Origin: Eledone cirrhosa
Taxonomy: Eukaryota
Reading direction: 5' to 3'
NCBI GenBank assembly: GCA_964016885.1
Contig: OZ024740.1
Coordinates: forward strand, 37,138,001 to 37,202,000
Length of the DNA: 64,000 bases
A program made the position numbers and the translations under genes. This document shows, piece after piece, positions 9,766-22,979 of the stretch (positions are counted from its first letter, which is position 1; each line of letters starts with the position of its first letter). A model generated the notes under the pieces. That model did not search any database. It was given only the letters and a program-made list of their open reading frames with translations, and was not told the origin of the DNA.

Positions 9766-12700
9766 TTACAGACACATACTCAGAGTAGGCCCATTCACTC
9801 GGGCCATACTTGCTTCTCTCACTCATCTTTCAAGAGAGCACTTCCCTCTCTACCCTGATTTTCCTTTTAAAAATGAAATTTGAAAAGGTTAATCAGGGCA
9901 TCACCGATAAGGTAATTGCTCGTCTTCAGCCCTTTCTAACGTGTCCACCATACTATCTCTTTCGCCATGGCCACCAGACAGATAAAAACTGCCCGCCCTT
10001 CCCGGCTAAAGGAGGAGGGCGGGGCAATCCTCACGATGGACTCAGATGATAGCCGGATCCGTCCTAAACGCGACAGCAGGTGTTCGACATAAACCCACAA
10101 GTCAGCAATTTTCGGACACTGGACGAGTGCGTGCAGGACGGTTTCGTCGCCCTGCGCGCATCTCGGACATGCCCGGCTGACGGCACCTCCATGCCTGTAG
10201 AGTTTATCCCGAACTGGCAAGGCTCCTCGGTAGCACTGCCAGGCCAGAGATTTCTGGAAGTTGTCCATAGGCCCCGGCCCGAAAGTTCTTCCGAAGAGAT
10301 TGGCTAGTTGATTTTCGTCGACGCCTAGAGTTTCCCCAAGTACGTCGTCGCTCTTACCCTCCACTAATCCTCTATAGAACGCCGAGGTGGAGTTTCCACC
10401 GATCACATTGCCCGATTGGTCGAGGGCTGTGAGCGCCTGAAGACATTCCAGTCTCCAGGCGCTCCCTCTCGGTCTTCGCTTGACCCAGGACTGCAGCTCC
10501 GTCAAGGAAACGAGCTGGGGAAACACGCGTCTAGCAAACGGCGACCACACCTGATCACCGTCGAGGAAGAGGTGGAGATGTCGTAGCCTGAGCGCGTGCC
10601 TGCGCATCATCAGCCACGGCATGCCCAGCCCTCCACGTAGCGGGTGTTGACAACAGATGGACCGCCTGACCATCGGAGCGCGTCCCTTCCACAAAAAGCG
10701 AAAGAGCAAACGCTCCAGCACAGTCAGGCGAGGCTTAGGACAAGGTACGACGGTCAGGCGGTAGCAGATGACGGACGCGATGTACGCGTTAGCCACCTCC
10801 GCTCGACCTTTCAGGGATAGCTTCCTCTCGGCCCATTTCTGGGTGAGAGAAGCCACCCTGCTCGTCACCTCGTCCCAGTTTTTGTCCGTCTGGAGGTCCG
10901 GACCGAACCAGACCCCTAGCAATTTAACCGGTGCGTCCGTCCAGCGTCCGACGACGCTGTTGGACGGCATGGACCTGCCTCTCCAGTTGCCGAGCTGCAG
11001 GCCCACTGACTTTTCCTGGTTGATCATTGCTCATTTCACCGCTTCGTATTCTCTTAGTGTAGTGCCGATCGCCTCGATGTGTTTGGCGTTCGACACCACT
11101 ACGGTGACATCGTCCGCATATGCTGATACGGATCTTCCGCATCCTAGTTCGCGCGGGACCCCCCTCAACGTCTCCAGTTTGTGCAGTAATGGCTCGAGAG
11201 TCAATACGTACAAGAGGGACGAGAGGGGACATCCTTGGCGGACCGAGCGCATGATGTTGAACGGTTCCGACAGGTGACCGTTCACTCTCACCACAGAGCA
11301 GATGTCGCTGTGCATGGCAGCGATCCAGCCTCTGAAGACGGGCCCAGAGCCAGCAGCCCTCAGGACTGCCGCTAGGTAACGATGGTCGACCCTATCGAAA
11401 GCTTTCGACTGATCTAAATTGATCAAGGACCCACCCGTGCCAGGTTCCCTAGCTACCCTCTCTACGATGTATCGCATGAGGTGGAGGTTGTCGTGGATGG
11501 ATCTGTCGGGAATGGCGCATGTCTGCGCCTCTCCCACCAGACCACCAACGACAAGCGCCAACCTCTTTGCTAGCACCTTGGCCAAAATCTTAAACTCTGT
11601 GTTTAGCAGAGTTATGGGCCGGAAATTTTCTATGTTATCCCCCTTGTTCGGATCCTTTCTCAGCAGTGCCACCGCTCCTCGGCTCACAGAACTGGGAATT
11701 CTCCCGTTCTGTTGCCAGTTGCAGTAGACGTCCGCCAAGAGGCCTCCGAACAAGTCTGGCATCTGTACGTAAAGTTCATAGGGCAGACCATCCAAACCAG
11801 GCGATTTACCCCTTGTGCAGCCAGTCATTGCCTCCCTTACTTCAGCGGCTGTTATCGGCTTTTCGCAACACTTCGCCTCAGTGGCCGAGAGCCGCGGCAG
11901 TCCGTCGAGGTAGACACTAAAGTCCATCCCTCTACCCGGCCCACCGCTGCCCCCGAACAGCTGAGCGAAGTGTTGCTGAAAAGCTTCACACATTTGCCCG
12001 GGATCGAGTAGCATGCGCCCGTCGTGGTCCACCAAAGACCGGATCGTGGCTTTGTTGCCACGACGCGCCTCCGCCACTCGGGCCCATTGAACGGCTTTCG
12101 TCCCCTCGTGTCTGAGAGCACGCACCCTAGCTCTGACAACGCAGCCTTCGTGCTTTGCATTGAAGAATTGGTCAAGGGCCAATTTCGCCGCAAGCACGTC
12201 GGTCGCAATGCCTTTGCTAAGCGCCTCATCTAATTTTCTAACTAGTTCTCCCTCTGCTCTATTTTTCTCTATTGCTAAAGCCTTACTAAATCTAATCGAT
12301 TCTATTCTAATCGCTCTTTTCAGAGCAAACCACCACTTGTTGTTGACGATGGCCCCCGTCAACGCCCGCTTAACTAGTTCGCTAATCCGGTCTCTGTAGG
12401 CCTTGCGCGCTGGTAAGGACGCGTTTAGCTTCCAGTAGCCGGGTCCTCGTCTATGAAGCCTATCTAAGTCAAGCACACAGATCACGAATTTGTGGTCCGT
12501 GTAGCTGACTATCTTGAATTGTGGACAGCCTATGCTAGACCTATCTATTTCCCTACAAAATACTCTATCTAGATATGATCTGGATGACCCTATGCGGTTT
12601 GTCCAAGTCCACATTGGCACATTCGGGAAATCCAATCGGTACCTGTCAGACAGTTCAAAACGCCTGAGCAGGTTGGTGAGGCTCTTGCACCCTCCACCCC

Positions 12701-13172
12701 TATCCGCTAATCCCACACAGTCCCAGCGTGCATCTAAGATCCCGTTCCAGTCGCCCACTAACACTAAAGAGCGGGACGTTCCAAGAAAGGTCTCCAGACG
12801 CCGGAAGAAATCAGGCCGCCCTGCTCCTGTCGGGGCATAGACGGCCACTAGCCTGAAAGCTTGCCCGTCTCCGCTGGTCACGTCCAGCACCACCAGCTTA
12901 CCCTCTGGGTCCAGGAAGATGGCCCGTATGGCGAGATCCAAACCTCTCCGAAAAAGCACAGCAACTCCTCCACCCGATCCAGGACGGCTGGGAGATGCGT
13001 ACACATCGTAGCCGCCGAAGATCGGTGCGAAGGCCCGTGCTTCGGAGATTCTGGTCTCGCTGATGGCCACTACATCTATGTTTAGTGACCTGAGGTCGTT
13101 GAGCAGGTGACCCTGCTTCCATGACGACCCCAAGCCACGCGCATTTATGCTGCCTATTCTGAGTGAGGTCAT
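9766..13172 (-). pseudogene. T1 ORF2, APE-RT-CCHC, two nonsense codons and a small C-terminal deletion
   Basis: SINARG, AISET, GDWN, YLDR, TDH (APE); SPGLDG, RPITLLN, QGCPLS, YADD (RT); CPRCAQGDETVLHALVQC; in-frame stops at 11031 and 9936 relative to T5. Confidence 0.93.
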
Positions 13173-13207
13173 GTTTAAAATAGGGTGGAAAAGATGGGAA
13201 AGACCAC

Positions 13208-15278
13208 TTACCGTACTTTTGGTAGAGGAGGGATGGTTTTTACATCCCTTTTCACTTGATCGTCTGGTGAAGGGACCGTTGAATCGTCCCTTCGGCTGGT
13301 CGTCGGCTCTTCTAAGAGAATGTCTGAGTATACTCTTCGATTGATAGTTCCTCCTAGGTCTCTGAAATCACCAACTGCGTTGGGGAATTTCGTTTTAATA
13401 TTTGTGTATTGTTTCTGTGCTATTTTTAGCAGTCTTATGTTAGTTGGCGTTTTGATTGGTGCTGGTATTATGTAGTCCTGTTGTGAAATGTCTGTGTGTT
13501 CAATTATGTAAGTCATTAGTTTCTTGTTGTGTGTATTTATTGCCGTGCATTTGTTTTTCTGGGGGTGTGGTGTGGTTCTGCTATTTTCTTGTCGTTGTTG
13601 CTGGGTGTGTGTGTTTTGTTGTTGTGTTTGCGATGTTGGTGCTTGTGGTGGTGGTGTTGAAGGTGTTGTTGGTGGTGGGCTTGTCGCCGGTGGTGATGGT
13701 GGTGCTAGTGTGGGTGGTGATGGTGTTGGTGGTGTTGCTGCTGTGGGTCTCTTTGCAGTAGACTTTACCCTTTCCTCATTTCTTTCCTCCCTTTTCAAAG
13801 GCGACGATGCGCTGCTTCTGCGTTTGTGCCTTCTTACGACCTTTTGCCATCTCTCTCCCACCTCACACTCCATGTCTGATTCTGTGAGGTCGGGGAGGGG
13901 TACCAGCTCCACTCTTTCACTTGTTGTTGTTGGTGATGTTTGCACTGGAGTCTCTGTTGCAGCTGCATTTGGTATTGCTGTTGTTGTTGTTAGTATTTCC
14001 ACTGCTGCTGCTGTTTTTGATTTCCGTGGAGTGGGTATGGGTGCCACGGGCCTATCGTTCCTGGTTGCCGCTTGTCCTGTTGCTGGTAGCCGTGGCGCCG
14101 GATTCGGAAGGAGGGGGGTTTTCTCCTTTCTCAGGGTCTTCTCGTTGCAGAAGGCCCTGAGGTGAGTCTTCGATCCACAGCGAAAGCATTTCGGGCGTTT
14201 GCCCTCAACACTTATGGGCAGTTGAGTGCCGTTATCGAAGTCTATCCCATCCGGGATAGCTTCGATGCACTCCTGGTTGGTTTGGATTAGCATCTCAATG
14301 GAGGAGCCGACCCAATCTTCTCTTACTTTTTTCTGTACTTGCAGTACAGTTGTTTTGTCCTCGATTCCGACGAGGACAGACGCGGCCAGCCAAGAAGGGG
14401 TCATTCCGGGGGGGGGCGTGGGTCAGTTTGACCCTCACAATTTTTTGCCCGCAGTAGGAGGGCACCAACACCATTTCCTCGCTCCTTAGGGTCACTACTG
14501 ATTGGGCCTTTGCCTCCTGGGGTGTGGCAAAAAGTACGTCTACGGTGGCATATTTTTTGCCTCGGGTGATGTGCGTTTTCCGCTGCCACACAGACCCCAA
14601 GGCTTTTTGTATTTGGGCCTCTGTGGCTCTTTCCACCCTACGGGATTTTGTACTTGCTGTACGGTACGTGACCGTACAGTGCTCTTGGGTTTCGAAAAGT
14701 GTTTCCGCTGCCTTGCAGATTGCTCGGTGTCCGTTCTTTGTCACCATCTTCTTCGCTTCCTCTAATTCCTCATTTGTTATGAGGATTGTTTCCAAGTTTT
14801 TCGCAATACCTGCAAATGAGATTGGTTTTTCTCTGCTGTTGTTGTTGTCGTCAGAGCTGCTGGTACTTTTGTTGTTGCTGCAGGTACTACGACTACTGCC
14901 TCCGCCGCTGTTGCTGTGGTTGTTGTTGGTGTTGCTGCTGCTAATGCTGTTGTTGTTTATGCTGCTGGTGATGCTGTTGCGGCTGCTACTGTTGTTTTCA
15001 TTGTCACTGTTGCTGTTGTTATTACGGCTGCTACTGCTATTATTCCTGACGTCAGACGAATGAACTGGGTTTTCGTATTTCCCGCACACCTGTTTCGTCG
15101 CTGTCGTCGTCGTCGTGGAGAAACCTTGCACGCTTTGCACGAGACTTTTCTTTTCTTTCGTCACTTGCGAAAGAGAAGGGAGGGAGAGAGACAATCTTCT
15201 CTCTGCTGTAGTGATGATTGAGGAAGAAGAAGACGGAATGAGTGGGAGTGACGTATGAAATTTCTTTTTCGTAGCCAT
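13208..15278 (-). pseudogene. T1 ORF1 (gag-like), one frameshift in a G run near 14410
   Basis: Asn/Ser-rich N-terminus, conserved KTHITRGKKYATVDVLF block, zinc knuckle CFRCGSKTHLRAFC, Pro/Thr-rich tail; ORFs 14295-15278 + 13208-14404. Confidence 0.88.
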
Positions 15279-15541
15279 GTTGTTTTTTGTTTAAAATGAA
15301 ATTTTGGGTACAAAACCCCAGTAACTGGTTATTTAACCCCGAAGGGCCAAATAACGGACAGAAAGACCCCTCTCACGAGAAGGAAGGTGTCTTTATCAAC
15401 AATTTGGTTCAAGTTTTAAACAATTTACAATTGTTTTAACGGTTAAAAATTACTATACCTTACAGAGCCGAGCCTCCGTCAACCATGGCATTCAATAATA
15501 ATAATAATAATAATAATAATGATGGTAATAAAACTAATAAT

Positions 15542-15720
15542 TGTTTCTACTTTAGGCACAAGCAATTAACCAGTGCATTACTGGTACTTTATTTTATCGA
15601 CCCCGTAAGGATGAAAGGCAAAGTCAACCTCGGCGGGATTTGAACTCAGATCGTAAAGGGACGTAACTATGCTGGAAAGCATGGCGTTCGACCCTCTACC
15701 GATACTGCCAATCCACCGCC
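15542..15720 (-). mobile_element. Full-length tRNA-derived SINE with 16-bp TSD
   Basis: Head GGCGGTGGATTGGCAGTATCGG, B box GAGTTCAAATCC; TAATAAAACTAATAAT at 15526-15541 and 15721-15736. Confidence 0.93.
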
Positions 15721-15736
15721 TAATAAAACTAATAAT

Positions 15737-15776
15737 GATTTCTTTATTGGCCACAAGGGCTGACATGAAGAAAAAC
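15737..15776 (-). mobile_element. 40-bp 3' stub of Tx1 subtype C
   Basis: GATTTCTTTATTGGCCACAAGGGCTGACATGAAGAAAAAC near-identical to 50621-50660. Confidence 0.88.
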
Positions 15777-15792
15777 TAATAATAATAGTAAT

Positions 15793-18700
15793 AAAACTAA
15801 GTCAGACTTTCAAACATTACAATGTTTGTTTTATGTTGTTTTGGGTTTTTTTTAGGTTTTTATCTATTTGTTTGTTTATTTATGTTCGTCTACAGCGTGA
15901 TGGTGCCACGCTAAAATCACCGGGGTTGATGAAATCACTGGGAGTGATGAAATCACCGGTGGTTATGTAACCATACATTCACCAATCCTCGATAAGAGTG
16001 TTTAAATGTCGAACCTAAACAGTTCGAATAACGGTGAAGTGGAGACTGGAATGTCATGTGACAGACTCTCACCCAGCAGGTGCTCCCTGGCTCAGCAGCA
16101 GGGACCTGGCTGTCAACCAAATACTGCTGGTGTCGGAGGAAGAAGAAGAAGGAAAGGGACCAGAACCAACTGGACGAAAGAATTGAATAGAACTGTTATC
16201 CAATGTTACCTGAAGAATAACCCCAAGGAGAAAGTCTATAGGAAACGGATGCATAACATCTGGAACGAGATTGGTCTATTTAAATTAGATGAACAAAAAT
16301 TGGCCGGGGAGGCTCGGGTAATAAGAACTAATGGATGGATAAGCGAGCTGGAACTGGAGGAACTGAGCAGAAATGGAGAGTGGAGTATGCCAGGCAAACG
16401 AGCCAGTGGGAAATTAAGGTGAAGAGGTTGAGAGAACGGAGGAACCATCCGAAGCAGACAATGATCTGAATGCTGAAATAAATAATACCGGGAACAAAGA
16501 TACGGCCATTGAGGAAATGAATGCTGACCGGCTAGGACAAGATTTGGTTGATATCCTAAACTTAGTGGTAGATGAAATGAACAATGATAGTGGGAAACCT
16601 ATGAACCTAAGATTTGTAGACAGGAAAAAGTTAAAAGAAACAATAGCTAAGGTAAACAAAGTCATCCCAGACCTTGAGGGGAGGGCCTTCACCAGTGCAA
16701 CAATATCCTCAAAGCAACAGCAAATGCGGTGAGGAAATTACTTGGCATAAAAGCGAGAAGAAACAACAAAAAAGAAAGATCAGAGCCTTGGTGGAAGAAA
16801 CGACTGAATGGTCAAATCAGGGAAATGAGAAATGACATTGGAAAGCTTGAGTCCTTACTGAATGGGACACTAAAAAACATAGACACTAAAAATAGACTGG
16901 AAATAAAGTACAAAACTAGGAGGAAAAAGCTAAATATTATCATAGAGGAACTGAAGCAACGCATTGTAGCAAAGACTGCAAAAATTAGGCGTTAAGAGAG
17001 CAGAGTCAGTCAGTATAGACAGAACCGCATGTTTGACAACAACCAGAAGATGTTGTTTGGACAGCTTGAAGGGAAAGAAAGATGCAACGACTTGATCCCT
17101 GAGGCGGAACAAACTAAGACATTCTGGAGAGGAATATTGGTGCAGGATGTTGAACATAATGACCAGGCAGTGTGGATTGAGACAGTACAAAAAGAGATTA
17201 GTGAACAGGCACACCAACAAACTGATTTGAGTGTCACAGTTGAAACTCTTAAAGGGCAGGCCAAAAAACTAACCAACTGGAAATCACCAGGCTCAGATGG
17301 TGTGCAGGGGTATTGGATTAAAAATATAATATCCCTCCACCCGAAACTGACAACCATATTCAATGACTGCTTGATGTCAGGTGAGGTACCAGAGTGGTTG
17401 ACAAAAGGTACCACAGTTCTGGTAATGAAAGACCGAATCAAGGCTAATGATGTTACCAACTATAGACCTATCACATGTCTGTCCGTAATGAGGAAACTGT
17501 TAACAACCATTGTGTCTGAGGAAATCTACCATCACCTCCACATAAACAACCTGTTACCGGACTAAGGATGCCGAAAGAAGTCCCGTGGTACAAAGGACCA
17601 GTTACTTATTGATAAAATGGTAATGAGGAATTGCAAGAGGAGACACACTGGTCTTGCCATGGGATGGATAGACTACAAAAAGGCATTTGACATGGTGCCT
17701 CATTCTTGGATCACCAAAAGCCTAGAGATCTTCAAGGTGGCAGATAACATCAGACAGTTGTTGAGCAAAAGTATGAAGTCCTGGAAAACAGAGTTAACAT
17801 CAGCTGGAGAATCCTTGGGAGGCGTGAAGATCAAGAGAGGTATCTTCCAGGGAGATAGTCTGTCCCCTCTGTTGTTTGTCCTTGCCCTGATGCCCCTGAC
17901 CATTATACTGCGAAAAGTGAGAGCAGGATACAAGTTCGGAAAGGGAGAGCTTACCATCAATCACCTCCTCTTCATGGACGATCTTAAGCTCTTCGGGAAG
18001 AGTGAGAAGGAGTTGGATGTGCTTGTTGACACTGTCCGTATTTTCAGCAATGATATATGTATGCAATTTGGTATTAGTAAGTGTGGACTCCTTGTGATGA
18101 AGACGGGTAAATTGAACAGAAGCAACGGAATCCAGGTACCAACAGGTGAGATGATAAAGGAAATTAACACTGAAGAAGGATACAAATATTTAGGTGTTCT
18201 GGAGGCTGATGACATCAAGAACAAAAATATGAAGGAATTGATAAGATCTGAATACATTCGGAGAGTAAGGAGCGTATTAAAATCACATCTGAACAGTAGG
18301 AATGCCATAAGTGCAGTAAATTCCCGTGCTGTATCTATTAATAGGTACAGTGCGGGAATTCTGAGATGGAATGTTACTGAACAAAAATAAATGGATAGAC
18401 TCTACTTAAGGAGACCTGAAGGTGGAAGAGTTCTTATCAGCATAGGGGACTGTGTTCAGATGGAGAAAAACAACCTACACAGATACGTGACTGATAGTAG
18501 GGAGCCAGTGCTCAGAATTGTACTGAAGGAGAGGACAATAGACCAGGGGATGTCCAAGGAGGAAATAACAACAAGGAGAAAGAGCAACCTTCATGAAAAG
18601 TCCCTTCATATTACCTTCTTTGAGAAAACTGAATTCAGAGATCCACAGACATGGAACTGGTTGAAAAAAGGAGACCTTAAAAAGGCTGCAGAAGGAATGC

Positions 18701-19423
18701 TAATGGTTGCGCAAGAGCAGGCCCTCAAAACGAAGTGGCTGAAACACCATATTTACAAGGAGGAGGCTAGCCCACTGTGTAGGATCTGTGGAGAGAGAGA
18801 GGAGACTGTGGCTCACATTGTATCCGAGTGTAAACACCTAGCCCAGACTCACTATAAAGGCTGGAGACATGATGCGATGGGCAGGGTGATTCACTGGCAC
18901 CTATGCAAAGTAAACAATTTACCACATTCTGAGAAGTGGTATGAGCATAAGCCAGAGTCGGTGATAGAAAACTATCAGTGAAGTTGCTATGGGATTTTAG
19001 GATACAGACGGACAAGAAACTGGAACACAATAGACCTTACCTGGTGGTTTTGGACAAGGAAGAAAGATCGTGCCTGATTGTGGATGTGGCCTGCCCATTC
19101 GACACGAGAGTGCAAGAGAAGGAGAGGGAGAAAATTAACCGATACCAGGACTTAAAGTGGGAGGTAAAAAGGATTTGGAACTGCCATGAAGTCAAAGTGG
19201 TCCCGATTGTCATAGGCGCACTAGGTACTCTCTCAAAGAGTTTCCAAGGATGGTTAAAGAAAATTGGCCCCGCCCCGCTTTTTGGAACACTTCAAAAGGT
19301 ATGCTTGCTGGAAACAGCAAGAACACTCCGATACGTCCTGAATATCTGAGGCTGCCGGTAGTGGCTTGCTATTCATTTCAACAAACTTTCCAGTTAACTA
19401 ACATCAATGACTGAGACTCAAAG
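15793..19423 (+). mobile_element. Family A copy A3, near full-length, ORF 16006-19349 broken
   Basis: Serial ORF fragments align to A1; followed by AAC(AAT)8 at 19424-19450. Confidence 0.93.
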
Positions 19424-19450
19424 AACAATAATAATAATAATAATAATAAT

Positions 19451-19579
19451 TTCTTTATTGGCCACAAAGGCTGACGTCAAGAAAAACATTACAGACGGCA
19501 CAGGACGGTACAGGACGGTTTTGTGCGTGTAAAGATTTTTATTATTTATATAAGAAAAGAAAAAGATAAAAGACATAGA

Positions 19580-19632
<53 letters not shown>

Positions 19633-19885
19633 AATAAAAATGAAAATTCAAACAATGAAAAATTGCCCAAATGGGGGGAACCTCCGAGGGTTACTCGTAG
19701 CGAAAACCACACAAAAGACCATGGCCACCCTGACCACCAGGGCAAGTGCCCTCTCTCAATTTTTCCATCTCTCAAACTACAGACGTATATTCAGAGTGGT
19801 CCCTTTCACTCGGACCATTCTCGCTACATTCACCCACCTTTCAACAATCTTGCTAGAAAGCAGCACTTGCCACTCCACCCTGATT
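19451..19885 (-). mobile_element. Tx1 subtype C 3' fragment (end of ORF2 + 3'UTR with internal (TA)n)
   Basis: Homologous to 50621-51025; tail-to-tail with A3 across AAT repeat. Confidence 0.92.
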
Positions 19886-20562
19886 GGCATTATTACGTCC
19901 AAATCGTATGTTGACAAATATTCGTCCTCCCTGCATGTTAATTGTAACATGCAGTCTTTGAGAGTAACGTTTATTTGTCGATATTTCGAGGTGTCGGATC
20001 ATGGGGAGATTAACACGAATTAAGATGTAACTTCTCCCCCGTTATTGACACTTTGCAACAGTGAACGTTACAAAGCCCTCTTTAGGGCCAACACTTTTGA
20101 TTGTTTATCCAACTTATTATGGTGTGTTTTCTCGGGTTATGTCTACTCTAGGGGGAAAACGCGATGGTTTTATTGAATTGCTTCAGTTTACAAACGGTGA
20201 TATACAGGGCGCTTAAACAGTACCTGAATATGTTTTCTCGGTTATAATTTCTTCAATAATTGCGATGACTTCCTCAAAATTTGTGTGTTTGTTCTTGAGC
20301 GCTAAGACAGTAAGTTTGTTAATCTTATGCATACGTTTGTTGAATAAGTTCCATACTCTTCGAGCTCAAACTTCCCCGGCTTATTCACTCTGAATGAAGA
20401 AAGCTGGGTGGAAGAAGGATTTATGACTTAAAAAGCTATTGATAGTTCCACACAAAAAATTGATCTGCCATAAACACACCTAGCAAATGTTGCTATTGAA
20501 AATCCTGTATGGGCACTAGCATTTTCAGGCGCAGCCTGGAATTTGCTATTAACCCCACCTTT

Positions 20563-20590
20563 CCCGAGTATTACCGGGTACTACAGCTAG
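20563..20590 (+). mobile_element. Helitron-type 3' terminus (5' end not located)
   Basis: CCCGAGTATTACCGGG imperfect hairpin, 8-nt spacer, CTAG|T. Confidence 0.6.
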
Positions 20591-20612
20591 TATATATATA
20601 TATATATATATA

Positions 20613-22396
20613 CCACAACAAATAGATGACGAGACAGAGGCACAGTTCACCATAGCTAGAAATAGGATTAGACAAATAGTAGACCGGTATACTAAGAGAC
20701 AGAGCAGACCAGAGGCCCAACAACTTGGGAGGAAACCTGTAGAAGGCTTCGTTAGCCTCAAGCAGCGCACAAGGGATGGTGAGATAGTATGTCTACCCAC
20801 GGATAAGTCTGGTAGGATGTCAATAGATAGCATGCCGAACTACATCAAGGCTATGCAACCCCACATCACCAACACGAGCGAAATTGCACAGCAAATACAT
20901 GATGGGAGAGAGAAAATCCTCAACGCTCACATGATGATGTGGACCCACATCCTAAAGCTAAGCAGACGCACTGCCAACAACTTCCAGGCGTCTAACAATG
21001 ACATACCACCCTTGTATGGGCTCCTCAAAGACCACAAAACAGTCGACGACCCGACAACAGGACCACCAACAAATATAGCAAATATAGCTAGCAACTACAG
21101 GATCTCCTACTTCCTCTCAATGGTTATACGCCCCATAATCAAGATGTCCCCAGATGTATGTGACAGTACAGAGGACCTCCTCAGCAGAATCAGTGAGTGC
21201 AACAAAAACAGGAACCTATCCAACTGCATAATAGGCAGCATGGATGTGGTATCACTGTACCCATCCATTAACATTGATTTTGCTGTGGAAAAATGTGTGG
21301 AGATGATCATTGAGAGTGAGGTGGAGTTCTGCGACGTCGACACAGACGAACTGGGCCTCCTACTTAGACTTACCTACGACACTGACTACCTAGACAGCCA
21401 TGACCTTAGACATTTCTGCCCCGGTAGACCCATAAGAGGTAGACCCCCCCCCCCCCCCCACCATAACCTCAATGGCTAAAAGACTCCCATGGGAAGGTGG
21501 ATTGGGTGGACCAAAGCTATACGGACCCCCCAAAACAATGATCAGGTAAGAAAAATGGTCGCACATGCAATAGGGGCTAGTATCAAAACTACCTTAAAGG
21601 GCCACATATTCAAGTTCAACGAGAAGATCTACACCCAAAATGAGGGAGCAGCCATTGGCATCAGCATAGCTGGTGACGTTGCCAAACTTTTTATGGTGTG
21701 GTGGGAAAGGAGACTTAAAGATCTCCTTAATGAGAGCTCCATAGACCTCATCATGTACTCTCGTTACGTAGACGATATCAATATAGTTATAAGAATATCC
21801 CCACAAGAGAGCACTAACAAGTTTGAATTAGAACGTAGCACAATGGAAAGCATCCAGCAGATAGCTAATTCCATACACCAGAGTATAACTGTAACTATCG
21901 ACTACCCTTCCAAACACCCTAACAATAGACTACCTGTATTAGACACGGAACTCTGGATTAACACTATAGACAAGAGAGCCCAAATTCTCCACTCACACTA
22001 TGCTAAACTCATGGCCTCCAAATACCTGATACTCAAAAACTCAGCAATGTCCAGTAGTGCTAAGTTTAATATTGTGATCGCAGACTTGGTACGAGTGATG
22101 AAGAACGTGTCCCGCATGTGCGACCCAACAGAAATGGAAAGACACATCCAACACTTCATCAACCGCATGCAGTTCTCTGGCTACAACCAAAGTGACAGAG
22201 TCAGGGTGTACGAAGGAGCCACGGAGAAGTATAAGACCCTCATAGAACTGGACATGAAAGGAATTTGCCCATTATACAGGAGCAAATCATGGAATAGCTT
22301 AGATAGGGCTAGACATAAGATAGGGAAAGCCACCTCATGGTACGACAACCAGAGATACCAGAGTGTCATGTTTGTGGACGCTACCCCTGGAGGGAA
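20613..22396 (+). mobile_element. Penelope-like element RT, probably Neptune-type, frameshifted and truncated before the endonuclease
   Basis: PTDKSG, PPLYGLLKDHK, SMDVVSLYPSI, GAAIG, YSRYVDD, LPVLD, FVDATPGG; ORFs 20817-21479 and 21489-22448; starts after (TA)n. Confidence 0.85.
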
Positions 22397-22702
22397 ATCG
22401 AAGACTTTACGCTATTGTCAGTTCCTGATTATTACTAGAATTCTATAAGAATCAAACATTCATGATTTTCGGCAAACAGGCGGAGTACTTAGCTTTGATA
22501 AGCACCAAAAAGTGCGAAACAGAGCTCTGTCAGCTTTATCTCCCCTGTTTGCTGAAAATTAAAACAATAGCGTAAGGTCTTCTAAATGCTTTTAATTAAG
22601 CATACAGTGTATTGCAAAATGCACTATATATACATTCATATACATATATATATATATATAAGAGAGTATCGAAGTTTGCTTGAAGCATTGTGGAATAATA
22701 AG

Positions 22703-22746
22703 ATATATTTTCTTTAGGTCGTTTTGGAAGCCTCGACAATGCAGAT
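22703..22746 (+). repeat. Short copy of the outer end of the 26728-27321 inverted-repeat arm
   Basis: GATATATTTTCTTTAGGTCGTTTTGGAAG.CTC.ACAATGCAGATG matches 26728-26772. Confidence 0.85.
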
Positions 22747-22882
22747 GTGTGTGTGTGTGTGGGGGTGGGGTGTCTGTGACCGGTGTATATAGGTCACAGA
22801 CACCCGCATATATATATATATATAAACAAGCAAATTATAAACGTAAACATGTAAGTATGTTTTTGAAATTAAATATAACCTC

Positions 22883-22959
<77 letters not shown>

Positions 22960-22979
22960 AGAGGTTATATTTAATTTGT

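Larger units (their letters stand above)
9519..15493 (-). mobile_element. Full-length Tx1-clade LINE, copy T1 (ORF1 type I, ORF2 subtype B)
   Basis: Flanked by (AAT)6 at 9501-9518 and (AAT)9 at 15494-15520; 5' GAATGCCATGGTTGACGG; AATAAA just before 3' end. Confidence 0.93.

Noticed and set aside
14405-14420. Programmed frameshift in ORF1 at a G run
   Set aside because: T2 and T4 read through this region in one frame; slippage or sequencing error is simpler
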